A stretch of DNA of 64,000 nt from Candidatus Eiseniibacteriota bacterium (GTDB lineage Bacteria > Eisenbacteria > RBG-16-71-46 > CAZAMP01), in NCBI GenBank assembly GCA_965224245.1, contig OZ245046.1, forward strand, positions 3,808,001-3,872,000, written 5' to 3'. The notes beneath the pieces are model-generated. The model had not been told where the DNA came from. It did no database searches and saw only the letters and a program-made list of their open reading frames with translations. This document shows, in pieces, positions 29,304-39,742 of this stretch. The position numbers and the translations under genes were made by a program. Within the stretch, counting starts at the first letter, position 1. Every line of letters starts with the position of its first letter.

Positions 29304-29681
29304 TCAGTCGTCGTCGCGCCGCGCTCGTTCGCGTTTCAGGGCGCCGCGCCGGCGCTTGTCCTCCAGGCGCTTTCGCCGCGACGCGGCGGATGCGCGGGTC
29401 GGCCGCCTCGGCGTCGGCCGGACGAGCAGCGCGGCGACACGCTCGCGGAGCCTCGCGAGCGCTTCGGCACGGTTCCGGTGCTGCGAGCGCTCACGACGGC
29501 CGATGACCACGATGCCGCTCGGACGGTGCCTGAGCCGCACCGCGGACTCGGTGCGATTGCGATGCTGACCGCCGGGGCCCGAGGCCATGAAGGTGGTCAC
29601 ATCGCACTCCGTCAGGAGCTCCTCGTCGGAATCGGGTAGGTGGTAGCCGTCGGGAAGGCTCGCGCCGGCGTCGGGGGTCAT
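29304..29681 (-). CDS. Peptidyl-tRNA hydrolase / release-factor-like protein (GGQ, ArfB-like)
   Basis: [24 protein letters not shown], basic C-terminal tail. Confidence 0.88.
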   Translation of the reverse strand: MTPDAGASLPDGYHLPDSDEELLTECDVTTFMASGPGGQHRNRTESAVRLRHRPSGIVVIGRRERSQHRNRAEALARLRERVAALLVRPTPRRPTRASAASRRKRLEDKRRRGALKRERARRDDD

Positions 29682-30190
29682 CCCGCGTCCGGGGATGCGG
29701 CGTCCGGGTCGATCTCGACCAGGAGATCCCCGAAGTCGACATTGTCCCCCTCCGCGTGGTGGACGGCACTCACCACGCCGTCGACCGGCGACGACACGTC
29801 GTTCTGCATCTTCATCGACTCGAGTACGAGCAGCGTGTCGCCGGTGGTGACGCGATCTCCTCGGGCCACCGCGACCGAGACGACCTTGCCCGGCATCGGG
29901 GTCGTCACGCGACCGTCGCGGCCCCCGCCTCCCCCGTCCGCGGCCCGGGTCTCGTCCGGTGACTGGAACGAGACGTGGCGACCCGAGCGGGCGAGATCGA
30001 TGACGTCGCGCGTGCGATGGTAGTGCGCGACCATCCGGTGCCCGCCGACCTCGAACGTGAGCCGTCCACCGGCGACCGCGGCGTCGGTGATCACGTACCG
30101 GCGCTCTCCGATCGTGGCCACCAGCCCGGCGTCGGTTCGCTCCAGGACGACCGATATCGTCGTGCCGCCCGACTCGTACGTGAACTCCAT
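29678..30190 (-). CDS. Biotin carboxyl carrier subunit with an N-terminal beta domain
   Basis: [16 protein letters not shown] biotinylation motif. Confidence 0.9.
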   Translation of the reverse strand: MEFTYESGGTTISVVLERTDAGLVATIGERRYVITDAAVAGGRLTFEVGGHRMVAHYHRTRDVIDLARSGRHVSFQSPDETRAADGGGGGRDGRVTTPMPGKVVSVAVARGDRVTTGDTLLVLESMKMQNDVSSPVDGVVSAVHHAEGDNVDFGDLLVEIDPDAASPDAG

Positions 30191-31746
30191 CAGGCGCCTC
30201 CCACGCGCCAGGCTCCGAGCGTCCGCCACGGCGAGGGGTGGTCGGTCCGCGCCTCGGCCCCGCGCGGAGCGTGCGCGTCGAGATGCTCGATCAGGGCCGC
30301 GGAGATCAGGTCCATGTCCGCCTCGACCGGATCGTGCGTGTCCGACCCGATTCCCAGCTCGCCGGCGTGGTGCTCCAGGAACGACGTGTCGATCTCGCCG
30401 CGCCGGAACGCCGGATGTTCGAGCACGTCGATCAGGTACGCGATCGAGTTCCGGATGCCCAGGATGACCGTGGAGCGAAGCGCCTCCACGAGACGACGCC
30501 GCGCGGCCTCGCGGGTCTCGCCCCATGCGATGACCTTGGACAGGATCGGATCGTAGTGGGTGGACACCTCGCCGCCCTCGGTGACGCCCTCGTCGACGCG
30601 AACGCCCGGCCCGCCGGCGTCGATCAGGCGCGTGATGCGTCCCGCGGACGGCATGAACCCGCCCGCCGCGTCCTCGGCGTAGAGGCGGGCCTCGATCGCG
30701 TGTCCGCGCTGCGCCAGATCGGACTGCTCGAACGTGAGCCGCTCGCCGCGCGCGATCCGGATCTGCCAGGCCACGAGATCCAGCCCCACGACCATCTCCG
30801 TCACCGGGTGCTCGACCTGGATGCGCGTGTTCATCTCCAGGAAGTAGAACTCGCCTGCCGGATCGAACAGGAACTCCACGGTCCCGGCGCTCACGTAGTC
30901 GACGGCCGTGGCCACACGCACGGCGGCCTCGCCCATCCGCGCGCGCAGCTCGGGATCCACGGCCGGCGACGGCGACTCCTCGATGAGCTTCTGGTGACGC
31001 CGCTGAATCGAGCACTCGCGCTCGAACACGTGCACGACGTTGCCGTGAGTGTCGGCGAGCACCTGGACCTCGACGTGCCTCGGGTTCTCCACGAAGCGCT
31101 CGACGTAGACCGTGCCGTTGCCGAAGGCCGACGTGGCCTCACGACTCGCGGACGCGATCGCGCCGGCCAGCGCGCCGCGGTCTCGCACGATGCGCATGCC
31201 CTTGCCGCCGCCCCCACCGGCCGCCTTGACCATCAGCGGAAGCGGGATCGCCTCTGCGGCGGCCACCAGGGCCTCGACTGCGCCGGTGGCGTCCGCGCCG
31301 CTGGCGTCCGCGCCGCTGGCGTCCGCGCCGCTGGCGTCCGCGCCCTCGGTGCCAGGGGCCAGCGGGACGCCGGCGTCACGCATGCGCGCGCGCGAGGCGA
31401 CCTTGTCACCCATGATCCGGATGGCGTCGGCGGACGGTCCGATGAACGTGAGCCCGGCCTCGGCGCACGCCTCGGCGAAGGCCGCGTTCTCGGACAGGAA
31501 TCCGTAGCCGGGGTGGACCGCGTCAGCGCCGGTCCGCCGGGCCGCATCGATCAGCGCCTCGATCGACAGGTACGACTCTCGAGGCGGCGCGGGTCCGATC
31601 GAGACCGCCGAATCGGCCATCGCCACGTGCAGCGCGGCCCCGTCGACCTCGGAGTGCACGGCGACCGTGGCCACTCCCATCTCACGACACGCCCGCAGGA
31701 TCCGTACGGCGATCTCGCCGCGGTTGGCAACGAGTACCTTCTTCAT
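30190..31746 (-). CDS. Biotin carboxylase subunit of an acyl-CoA carboxylase
   Basis: [54 protein letters not shown]. Confidence 0.95.
   Translation of the reverse strand: MKKVLVANRGEIAVRILRACREMGVATVAVHSEVDGAALHVAMADSAVSIGPAPPRESYLSIEALIDAARRTGADAVHPGYGFLSENAAFAEACAEAGLTFIGPSADAIRIMGDKVASRARMRDAGVPLAPGTEGADASGADASGADASGADATGAVEALVAAAEAIPLPLMVKAAGGGGGKGMRIVRDRGALAGAIASASREATSAFGNGTVYVERFVENPRHVEVQVLADTHGNVVHVFERECSIQRRHQKLIEESPSPAVDPELRARMGEAAVRVATAVDYVSAGTVEFLFDPAGEFYFLEMNTRIQVEHPVTEMVVGLDLVAWQIRIARGERLTFEQSDLAQRGHAIEARLYAEDAAGGFMPSAGRITRLIDAGGPGVRVDEGVTEGGEVSTHYDPILSKVIAWGETREAARRRLVEALRSTVILGIRNSIAYLIDVLEHPAFRRGEIDTSFLEHHAGELGIGSDTHDPVEADMDLISAALIEHLDAHAPRGAEARTDHPSPWRTLGAWRVGGA
31287..31344. 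repeat. In-frame 15 bp tandem repeat (about 3.9 copies) encoding GADAS
   Basis: TGGCGTCCGCGCCGC repeated inside the biotin carboxylase gene. Confidence 0.9.
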
Positions 31747-31757
31747 CGTCGGCCGGC

Positions 31758-33365
<1,608 letters not shown>

Positions 33366-33416
33366 TGGGGACCCCTGTCACACGACGTTGTGCCTCGCCT
33401 CGACCGACGCCCGGCG

Positions 33417-33445
33417 ATGGTACAGAATTCACAACGCGCTGACAC
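33417..33445 (-). promoter_or_regulatory. Possible sigma70 promoter of the carboxylase operon
   Basis: Minus strand GTGTCA-17 bp-TACCAT. Confidence 0.4.
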
Positions 33446-33450
33446 CGGGA

Positions 33451-33557
33451 AAGCCCGCGTGAGGTGTGCCTCGCGCGAAGCCCGCGTGAGGTGTGCCTCG
33501 CGCGAAGCCCGCGTGAGGTGTGCCTCGCGCGAAGCCCGCGTGAGGTGTGCCTCGCGC
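33451..33557. repeat. Intergenic tandem repeat, 4 x 27 bp, each unit palindromic
   Basis: AAGCCCGCGTGAGGTGTGCCTCGCGCG at 33451, 33478, 33505 and 33532 (last copy 26 bp); no spacers. Confidence 0.95.
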
Positions 33558-33578
33558 CCTGACGCGACACCCGAGGGC

Positions 33579-33617
33579 AACAAAAACGCCCGCCGAGGTC
33601 CCTTGTCCGGCGGGCGT
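33579..33617 (-). terminator. Intrinsic terminator-like hairpin with U tract
   Basis: Minus strand ACGCCCGCCG...CGGCGGGCGT followed by TTTTGTT. Confidence 0.55.
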
Positions 33618-33868
33618 CGGTGCCGCGCGAGCACGACACTCTTGCAACACGCCGGTAAGTGTTGTCAAAGTCGGTCGATCGAGTCAAGGGAGAACGCGGC
33701 GGGGAGCGGCTCTCGCCGCGTTCGTGCGCGGGCCCGATGGAGAAATCGCTTGACAATTCGGGCCTCGGAGGGCGCTTCGACCGCGCGACGCGAGGCGCCA
33801 TTCACGCCATCGCACGGCGCGTTTCGCCGGAAAAAGACCCGGCCCGCGGTCCGATCCGAGAGGTGACC

Positions 33869-34429
33869 ATGTCGTTTCCCGATCGCGACGAAGCGTTGAA
33901 GCTGCTCCACGAATACACGCAGTCACCCGCGCTGCGGGCACATGCGCTGTCGGTCGAGGCCGCGATGCGACACTACGCGCGTCACTTCGGCCAGGACGAG
34001 GAGCGCTGGGGCGTCACCGGGCTCCTGCACGATTTCGACTACGAGCGCCATCCCGACCTGGCCGATCACCCGACGAAGGGTGCCGAGATCCTGCGCGAGC
34101 GAGGCTACGACGAGGAGCTCGTCACCGCGATCCTGGGGCACGCCCCGCACACGGGCGTGGCGCGCGACACGGCGATGGCCCGAACGCTCTTCGCGGTGGA
34201 CGAGCTGTGCGGCTTCATCAGCGCGGTGGCGGTCGTACGGCCTTCGAAGAAGGTCCGCGACGTGAAGGTCTCGTCGGTGAAGAAGAAGCTGAAGACGTCG
34301 GCGTTCGCGCGAAACGTGTCGCGCGAGGACATCCGGACCGGTGCCGAGGAGCTCGGCATCGACCTCGACACGCACATCCAGCACTGCCTGGACGCAATGA
34401 CCGAGGTGGCCGACTCGCTGGGGCTGTGA
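33869..34429 (+). CDS. HDIG/HD-domain metal-dependent phosphohydrolase
   Basis: GAGG SD, HALSVE, GLLHDFDYE, LFAVDELCG, FARNVSRE. Confidence 0.9.
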   Translation: MSFPDRDEALKLLHEYTQSPALRAHALSVEAAMRHYARHFGQDEERWGVTGLLHDFDYERHPDLADHPTKGAEILRERGYDEELVTAILGHAPHTGVARDTAMARTLFAVDELCGFISAVAVVRPSKKVRDVKVSSVKKKLKTSAFARNVSREDIRTGAEELGIDLDTHIQHCLDAMTEVADSLGL

Positions 34430-34496
34430 CCGGATCGAGCCGGCGGACCGGACGTCCCGGAGACGGTGAGTGGGCCGGGGCGACCGGCCGGGGCGA

Positions 34497-35054
34497 TCAG
34501 TCGATCGTGACGAGAAGGCTCAGCGAGGGGACGTTGGCCGCCACGTTGAACTCGTCCGAGTCGGCCACGACGAAGAGGTAGACGTCGCTGGCGGTGATCA
34601 GGTCGACGAAGGCGTCGAAGTTCGCGCCGTCGATCGGGTAGCTCCGCGCGTCGATCTGAACCGCCGACAGCGGCGCGACCCGGATCGCCTGGGTGATCGG
34701 GACGCCTTCGCGCACCAGCCGCGCCCGGTTGGCCAGCCGCTCGCGATGCGCGTAGACGGTCACGTCGGCCACCGTGTCGTCTGCGTTCTGAAGCTGCACG
34801 AACAGCGAGACCTCCTCGACGCCGACGACGCTCCCGGAGCGGAACTCGGGAATCTGCGAGCGGATCGGCACGAGCGACGCGATGAGCGTGTCGGGGTTCG
34901 TCTCCGCGCTCTGTCCCGCCCACGCCCGGAAGTCGGCCAGGTCCACGGTGTGACGCTGGAGGTCGCTGCCGAAGCACCCGGCGAGCGCCGGTACGAGGAC
35001 GGCGACGAGGATCGTGGTCGCCAGCGCGCGACCCCTGGTGGAGATCGTCGTCAT
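34497..35054 (-). CDS. Hypothetical lipoprotein
   Basis: Lipobox LAGC; start overlaps the OMP stop codon. Confidence 0.7.
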   Translation of the reverse strand: MTTISTRGRALATTILVAVLVPALAGCFGSDLQRHTVDLADFRAWAGQSAETNPDTLIASLVPIRSQIPEFRSGSVVGVEEVSLFVQLQNADDTVADVTVYAHRERLANRARLVREGVPITQAIRVAPLSAVQIDARSYPIDGANFDAFVDLITASDVYLFVVADSDEFNVAANVPSLSLLVTID

Positions 35055-35671
35055 CGGTAACCCAGATCGAACGAGAGCCCGGCCAGCACCGAGATGCTCG
35101 CGCGTGATCCGCCTTGCTCGAGCGAGATCCGCGTGGCCCGGGCCTGAACGTCCAGATGCAGCCCCGGGCGCATCTCGACGACGCCCCCGAGGCCGAGGTC
35201 CAGACCGATCCGGTCCGCGTCGGGGCTCTCGTCCTTGCGAAGAAAGTACAGACCGGCCCCGAGCGAGGCATACGGCGCGTACGCGCGGCGGTGCCCCACC
35301 TCACCCCCGACGACGACGGCGACGCGGGGGGCCGTGATGCTCCACTCCTGGACCTCCTGTGCGACACCCCGGACACGGTAGGGCCCACGGTCCATGTTGA
35401 CGTAGAGGAACTCGGCCTCGATCTCAGCGAGCGGGTGGACGGGAACGCGAACGCGAGCCCCGACGGTCACGTCGTCGGTGGCGTCGTCCTGCTCGAGCGG
35501 CTGGTGGTATCCGATGTAGCCGCCCAGCTCGACCGCGGTGGCCGCACCGGGGAGGGCGGCCGAGAGGAGCACGGCGGCCAGCGGCGCGACGACGGCGCCG
35601 AGCACCGGCCTTCGAGGTGCGGCGTCGAGACGCACCGCGTCGACGTCGTGTTCCCGAAGCGACCTCGTCAC
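35051..35671 (-). CDS. Outer-membrane beta-barrel protein
   Basis: Signal peptide, PYASLGAGLY, terminal strand AGLSFDL. Confidence 0.75.
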   Translation of the reverse strand: MTRSLREHDVDAVRLDAAPRRPVLGAVVAPLAAVLLSAALPGAATAVELGGYIGYHQPLEQDDATDDVTVGARVRVPVHPLAEIEAEFLYVNMDRGPYRVRGVAQEVQEWSITAPRVAVVVGGEVGHRRAYAPYASLGAGLYFLRKDESPDADRIGLDLGLGGVVEMRPGLHLDVQARATRISLEQGGSRASISVLAGLSFDLGYR

Positions 35672-35809
35672 CGCTCTCGTCCTCTCCCACTCTCGCCGAG
35701 CCGCCCGTCTGCGTCCGGCGGAGCTATACCATGCGTCCGGGGGCCGTGCCAGCCGCGTCGAAACGTCGACGGCCGGCGCCCCCGTTCAGAACGCCGGCCC
35801 GATTCGTGA

Positions 35810-35834
35810 GGTTCCCGCCCGCTGGGCGGGAACC
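35810..35834 (-). terminator. Perfect 11 bp stem-loop just after the 35840-36481 gene
   Basis: GGTTCCCGCCC-GCT-GGGCGGGAACC; no clear U tract. Confidence 0.5.
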
Positions 35835-35839
35835 CGGGA

Positions 35840-36481
35840 CTAGTAGAGCGCCTTGATCTGCGCCCAGGAGGCGTCGATCGTCGGAACCTCGCCCTCGCAG
35901 CGATCGCCGCACACGGGGACCGTGCCCGCGACGAGCGCGGCCGAGGCCAGGTTGTTCTCGCAGATCGTGTACAGGGCCGCGGCGCAGTCCGCCCACTGAG
36001 CCTCACCGATGCGCGGGTCGGTCGTGACCGCCATGTCGCCCGCATCCCCGTCGGCAACCGAGAAGAAGCCGACGCGCGCGGCGCCGCCGCTGGGCGCGTA
36101 GCAGCCTTCCGACCACGTGACGGCGTTCCCGCTGCCGGACGCCGGCCACGTGCCGTCGGGGATCTCCGAGCCGCCGGTGCAGAGCGTCCAGCCGTTCTGC
36201 GTCACGCCGGTGTACTCGATGCCGAACTGCGCGCCGCCGATGCCGCCGCCGGTGAACCCACCCTCGTGGGTGGCGACGATCCACACGAACGCGGTCCCGT
36301 CCAGGCCGGGCGTCGTCAGATCCGAGCATGCGGACGCGTCGATGAAGTCGAACAACGGGTCGCCGCAGCCCGAGTAGCTGGCGCCGGTGATCGCGAGGTT
36401 GAAGTTGGCCTCGACGTCGGTCTCCGCCATCGCGGAGCCGGCGAACGAGGCGAGCAGCCCGAGCGTTACCCATGTCTTCAT
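35840..36481 (-). CDS. Secreted Cys-rich protein with C-terminal SWAQIKALY motif
   Basis: GGAGG SD, signal peptide AMA, 8 Cys, ends PTIDASWAQIKALY. Confidence 0.85.
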   Translation of the reverse strand: MKTWVTLGLLASFAGSAMAETDVEANFNLAITGASYSGCGDPLFDFIDASACSDLTTPGLDGTAFVWIVATHEGGFTGGGIGGAQFGIEYTGVTQNGWTLCTGGSEIPDGTWPASGSGNAVTWSEGCYAPSGGAARVGFFSVADGDAGDMAVTTDPRIGEAQWADCAAALYTICENNLASAALVAGTVPVCGDRCEGEVPTIDASWAQIKALY

Positions 36482-36660
36482 CAGAGTACCTCCGAGGTTC
36501 TCGTCGAACCCTCGAGTGGGAATCGGTGCGAGCGAAACTCACACGTGCCGTCCTCTCGATCGATCGGCGACCCTGCGGGAAAACTGTATGTCTGGTCGCC
36601 TCCTCGGAGGGTCGAGCCCCGGGATGCGCGACGCGCAACCGGAAGCCCTACACGTATCAA

Positions 36661-36700
36661 TATGAAACGTATGTTCATTTCATGTGACTCACTATGAAAC
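36661..36700. promoter_or_regulatory. AT-rich dyad and direct repeat, candidate activator binding site
   Basis: ATGAAA-N10-TTTCAT (36662-36683); TATGAAAC at 36661 and 36693. Confidence 0.45.
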
Positions 36701-36796
36701 ATTGGATGGGAGACCCCGAGCTCCCTGCCCGAGCGCCTGATCACGCAATCACATTTTTCACAATGGGTTACACCGAACGGCCGATGCCGGAGACGC

Positions 36797-36814
36797 TTGG
36801 CACGCGTACTGCTT
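36797..36814 (+). promoter_or_regulatory. sigma54 (-24/-12) promoter upstream of hsp20
   Basis: TTGGCACGCGTACTGCTT with exact GG-N10-GC spacing. Confidence 0.65.
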
Positions 36815-36916
36815 TACCGATGGGCATGCGCGGCGCTCGAACGAGGGGCCGCTCAGATCAGCCAGACGAGTCAACGAACGGGATCGCGAGTCGATCCGCA
36901 ACGCAGGAGATAAGAC

Positions 36917-37342
36917 ATGCGCAGCCTCACGACCTACCGCCGTCCGAACGCGCTCCTCACCGACGTGGACCGCTTCATCGACGATTTCTTCTCGACCCCG
37001 GCCCACCGCTCGTCGAGCTGGGTGACCCCGCCGAGCGACGTCGTCGAGCGCGAGGACCGCTACCTCGTCCGGATGGACCTTCCGGGCGTACAGAAGGGCG
37101 ACATCACCATCACCGTCGAGAACGGGTCGCTCTTGATCAAGGGCACCCGTGCCAGCGAGGAGCGGAGCGACAGTGACAACGAGGTCCGGCTGGAGCGCTT
37201 CCGGGGCGAGTTCGCGCGGTCGTTCACCCTCGGAGACCGCGTGGATCCGGACAAGATCACCGCGAAGCTCGAGAACGGCGTGCTGGAGGTGTCGGTGCCG
37301 AAGGCCGAGACGGCCAAGGCCCGCCTGATCGAGGTGAAGTAG
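36917..37342 (+). CDS. Hsp20/alpha-crystallin small heat-shock protein
   Basis: AGGAG SD, DLPGV, ERFRGEFARSFTL, AKLENGVLEVSVPK. Confidence 0.95.
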   Translation: MRSLTTYRRPNALLTDVDRFIDDFFSTPAHRSSSWVTPPSDVVEREDRYLVRMDLPGVQKGDITITVENGSLLIKGTRASEERSDSDNEVRLERFRGEFARSFTLGDRVDPDKITAKLENGVLEVSVPKAETAKARLIEVK

Positions 37343-37354
37343 TCGGCCCCGGGT

Positions 37355-37375
37355 GCGGGCGCGGCCGGCGCCCGC
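37355..37375 (+). terminator. GC hairpin after hsp20
   Basis: GCGGGCGC-GGCCG-GCGCCCGC; lacks a U tract. Confidence 0.35.
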
Positions 37376-37496
37376 CCGACGAAGACGGACAACTCCCGGC
37401 TGATTGCCGGTTCGCGCGGTCGCGTCCGATCCCCCTCTCGGACGCGGCCGCTTTTTCGTGGCGCGCTGAAGCGCGACCCTCGCCGGCGTCGCGAGC

Positions 37497-38540
37497 CTAG
37501 AAGATCCGCTCCTCGGCGGCGGCGGAGATGGCGCTCAGCGCTCGATCCACGTGCGAGTCGTCGATGTGGCGATGAGTCACCAGCCGGATGCCGCGCCCCC
37601 ACAGATCGATCACGCGCACCTCGCGCGCGGCCAGGAATGCCACCAGCGCCTCGTACGCGGGCCGGATGCCGGCGAGCTTGAACACGACGATGTTGGTCGC
37701 GACGCGCTCGGGATCGATCTGGACGCCCTTGATGCCGGCCAGACCCTCGGCGAGCCGGCGCGCCCGCGCATGGTCGTCGGCCAGGCGCTCGATCATCTCG
37801 TGGATGGCGACCAGCCCCGCGGCGGCCAGGACGCCAGCCTGCCGCATGCCGCCACCCAGGCGTTTGCGCGCGCGGCGCGCCTCGGCGATGAACGCGTGGG
37901 TTCCGAACAGAAGCGATCCCACCGGAGCCGACAGTCCCTTGGAGAGACAGCTCATCACCGTGTCGGCCTGACGCGCGAACTCGCGGATGGGCGTGCCGGT
38001 CGCCACGTGCGCGTGCCAGAGCCGCGCCCCGTCCAGGTGGACCTTGACGCCCCGGTCCCGTGCGAGCTCGTAGAGCTCGGTCATCAGCGCGAGCGGAACG
38101 ATCGTGCCGCCCGCCATGTTGTTGGTGTTCTCGTAGATGATGAGCTTGGTGCGAGGGAAGTGGATGTTGTCGGGGCGGATGGTGTTCTCGAGCGCTTCCA
38201 GGCCCGGGATGCCCGCCTCGGAGGGAACCGTGCGCGTCTGCACGCCCGCGAACGCGCCGGCACCGCCGGTCTCGAAGTGGAACGAGTGGGCGTTCTCTTC
38301 GAGGAGGATCTCGTCGCCGGGCTCGGTCTGGACGAGGATCGCCGCGAGGTTCCCCATGACGCCGCTCGGCACGAACAGCGCCGCCTCCTTGCCGAAGAGC
38401 ACCGCCGCGGACTCCTCGAGCTTGATGACCGTGGGGTCGTCTCCGAAGACGTCGTCTCCCAGCTCCGCCGACGCCATCGCGCGTATCATCGATCCGGTCG
38501 GTCTGGTGACCGTGTCGCTGCGGAAGTCGGCGATCGTCAT
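37497..38540 (-). CDS. ltaE: Low-specificity L-threonine aldolase
   Basis: DFRSDTVTRPT, HLDGARL, CLSKGLSAPVGS, GGGMRQAG. Confidence 0.95.
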   Translation of the reverse strand: MTIADFRSDTVTRPTGSMIRAMASAELGDDVFGDDPTVIKLEESAAVLFGKEAALFVPSGVMGNLAAILVQTEPGDEILLEENAHSFHFETGGAGAFAGVQTRTVPSEAGIPGLEALENTIRPDNIHFPRTKLIIYENTNNMAGGTIVPLALMTELYELARDRGVKVHLDGARLWHAHVATGTPIREFARQADTVMSCLSKGLSAPVGSLLFGTHAFIAEARRARKRLGGGMRQAGVLAAAGLVAIHEMIERLADDHARARRLAEGLAGIKGVQIDPERVATNIVVFKLAGIRPAYEALVAFLAAREVRVIDLWGRGIRLVTHRHIDDSHVDRALSAISAAAEERIF

Positions 38541-38752
38541 CGGTCTCCCCCCAAGTCCCCTTGGCGGCCATGCGCGGGCGATCGGCCCGACCGCGTGCGA
38601 TCGGTCCGGCGGCGCGTGACCGGGGAGACTAACATGCTCGCACTCGGTGCGTTAGCGGCGCCGCCAGAATGTTCTGTCACCCGCCCGCGGGTCGCCTCTA
38701 TACTCCCCACCCTGAAATTCAGGCTCAACCCGGCTTCCTGGAGGAATGCTCG

Positions 38753-38938
38753 ATGCCGTCGACCGAACGCCAGCGTGAGATTCGCCGCCGCCGACACCGT
38801 CGCCGGAAAGCGCTCAAGCGCCGTTTGAAGCAGCTGATCGCCGAGGGTCGCAAGAGCAAGCGCAAGTCCGCGCCCAAGGCTCCGGCCAAGTCCGAGCCCG
38901 CGACGGCCCCCGCCGCCGACACCGAAGAGAAGTCCTAG
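38753..38938 (+). CDS. Small Arg/Lys-rich protein (DUF6800-like)
   Basis: GGAGGA SD; MPSTERQREIRRRRHRRRKALKRRLK; TATACT -10-like element at 38699. Confidence 0.7.
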   Translation: MPSTERQREIRRRRHRRRKALKRRLKQLIAEGRKSKRKSAPKAPAKSEPATAPAADTEEKS

Positions 38939-39082
38939 CGTCCACGCGCACCTCGCGCGTGGATCCCGCCCCCGCCGGCGGGGCGCCACACCCTCGCCGT
39001 CCGAACCGCCGCGATCACGCGGCGCACGGATCGCCTGTGCGGTCGCCGTGCCGGCGTCGCGCCCGGTCGCGAGGGAGAGTCC

Positions 39083-39658
39083 GTGAAGATCGCCTTCATC
39101 GGTACGCACGGCACGGGCAAGACCACCCTCTGCTTTCGACTGGCCGCGCACCTGAAGATGCTCGACCTCCGGGTCGAGCTCGTCAAGGAGGTCGCGAGGC
39201 GCTCCCCGCTGCCGCTGAACCGTGAGACGACCCTCGACGCGCAGCGGTGGATCCTCCACACGCAGATCGCCGCCGAGATCGCGGCGACCGACGGCCACGA
39301 CGTGGTCGTCTGTGACCGATCGGCTCTCGACAACTACGCGTACCTCGTCCACCGGGTCGGTCGGCTCGACGTGCTCGACGCCCTCGTATCCGAGTGGATG
39401 GACACGTACACCGCTCTGTTCCACATCCCCGTGTTGATGGGGCCGCGATTCGACGGCGTCCGCGACACGTCGCCGGCCTATCAGCGGGAGATCGAGAGCG
39501 TCATCGACACGCTGGTGGCCGACTTCGGCGTGACCGTGACCCGCCTCTCGTCGACCGATGCCGACACGTGGCTCCCGACGGTGCTCCGGACGCTCGCGCT
39601 CCCGCTCGAGCCCCCGCAACTTCGGCTCTTCGGCGACGCCCCCGAACCGACGGAGTGA
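39083..39658 (+). CDS. P-loop NTPase / nucleotide-kinase-like protein (AAA_28, NadR/Ttd14 type)
   Basis: IAFIGTHGTGKTT, VCDRSALDNYAY. Confidence 0.8.
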   Translation: MKIAFIGTHGTGKTTLCFRLAAHLKMLDLRVELVKEVARRSPLPLNRETTLDAQRWILHTQIAAEIAATDGHDVVVCDRSALDNYAYLVHRVGRLDVLDALVSEWMDTYTALFHIPVLMGPRFDGVRDTSPAYQREIESVIDTLVADFGVTVTRLSSTDADTWLPTVLRTLALPLEPPQLRLFGDAPEPTE

Positions 39659-39742
39659 CGGGACGCCCGGAGCAAGGTGCGCAGCGCCCGGTCACGAGAT
39701 CGGGAGGGAGCGGCCCACGACGGATGGGCGGACCGGCGCGGC

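Noticed and set aside
33451-33557. CRISPR array
   Set aside because: The palindromic 27 bp units are directly adjacent, with no unique spacers and no cas genes in the window
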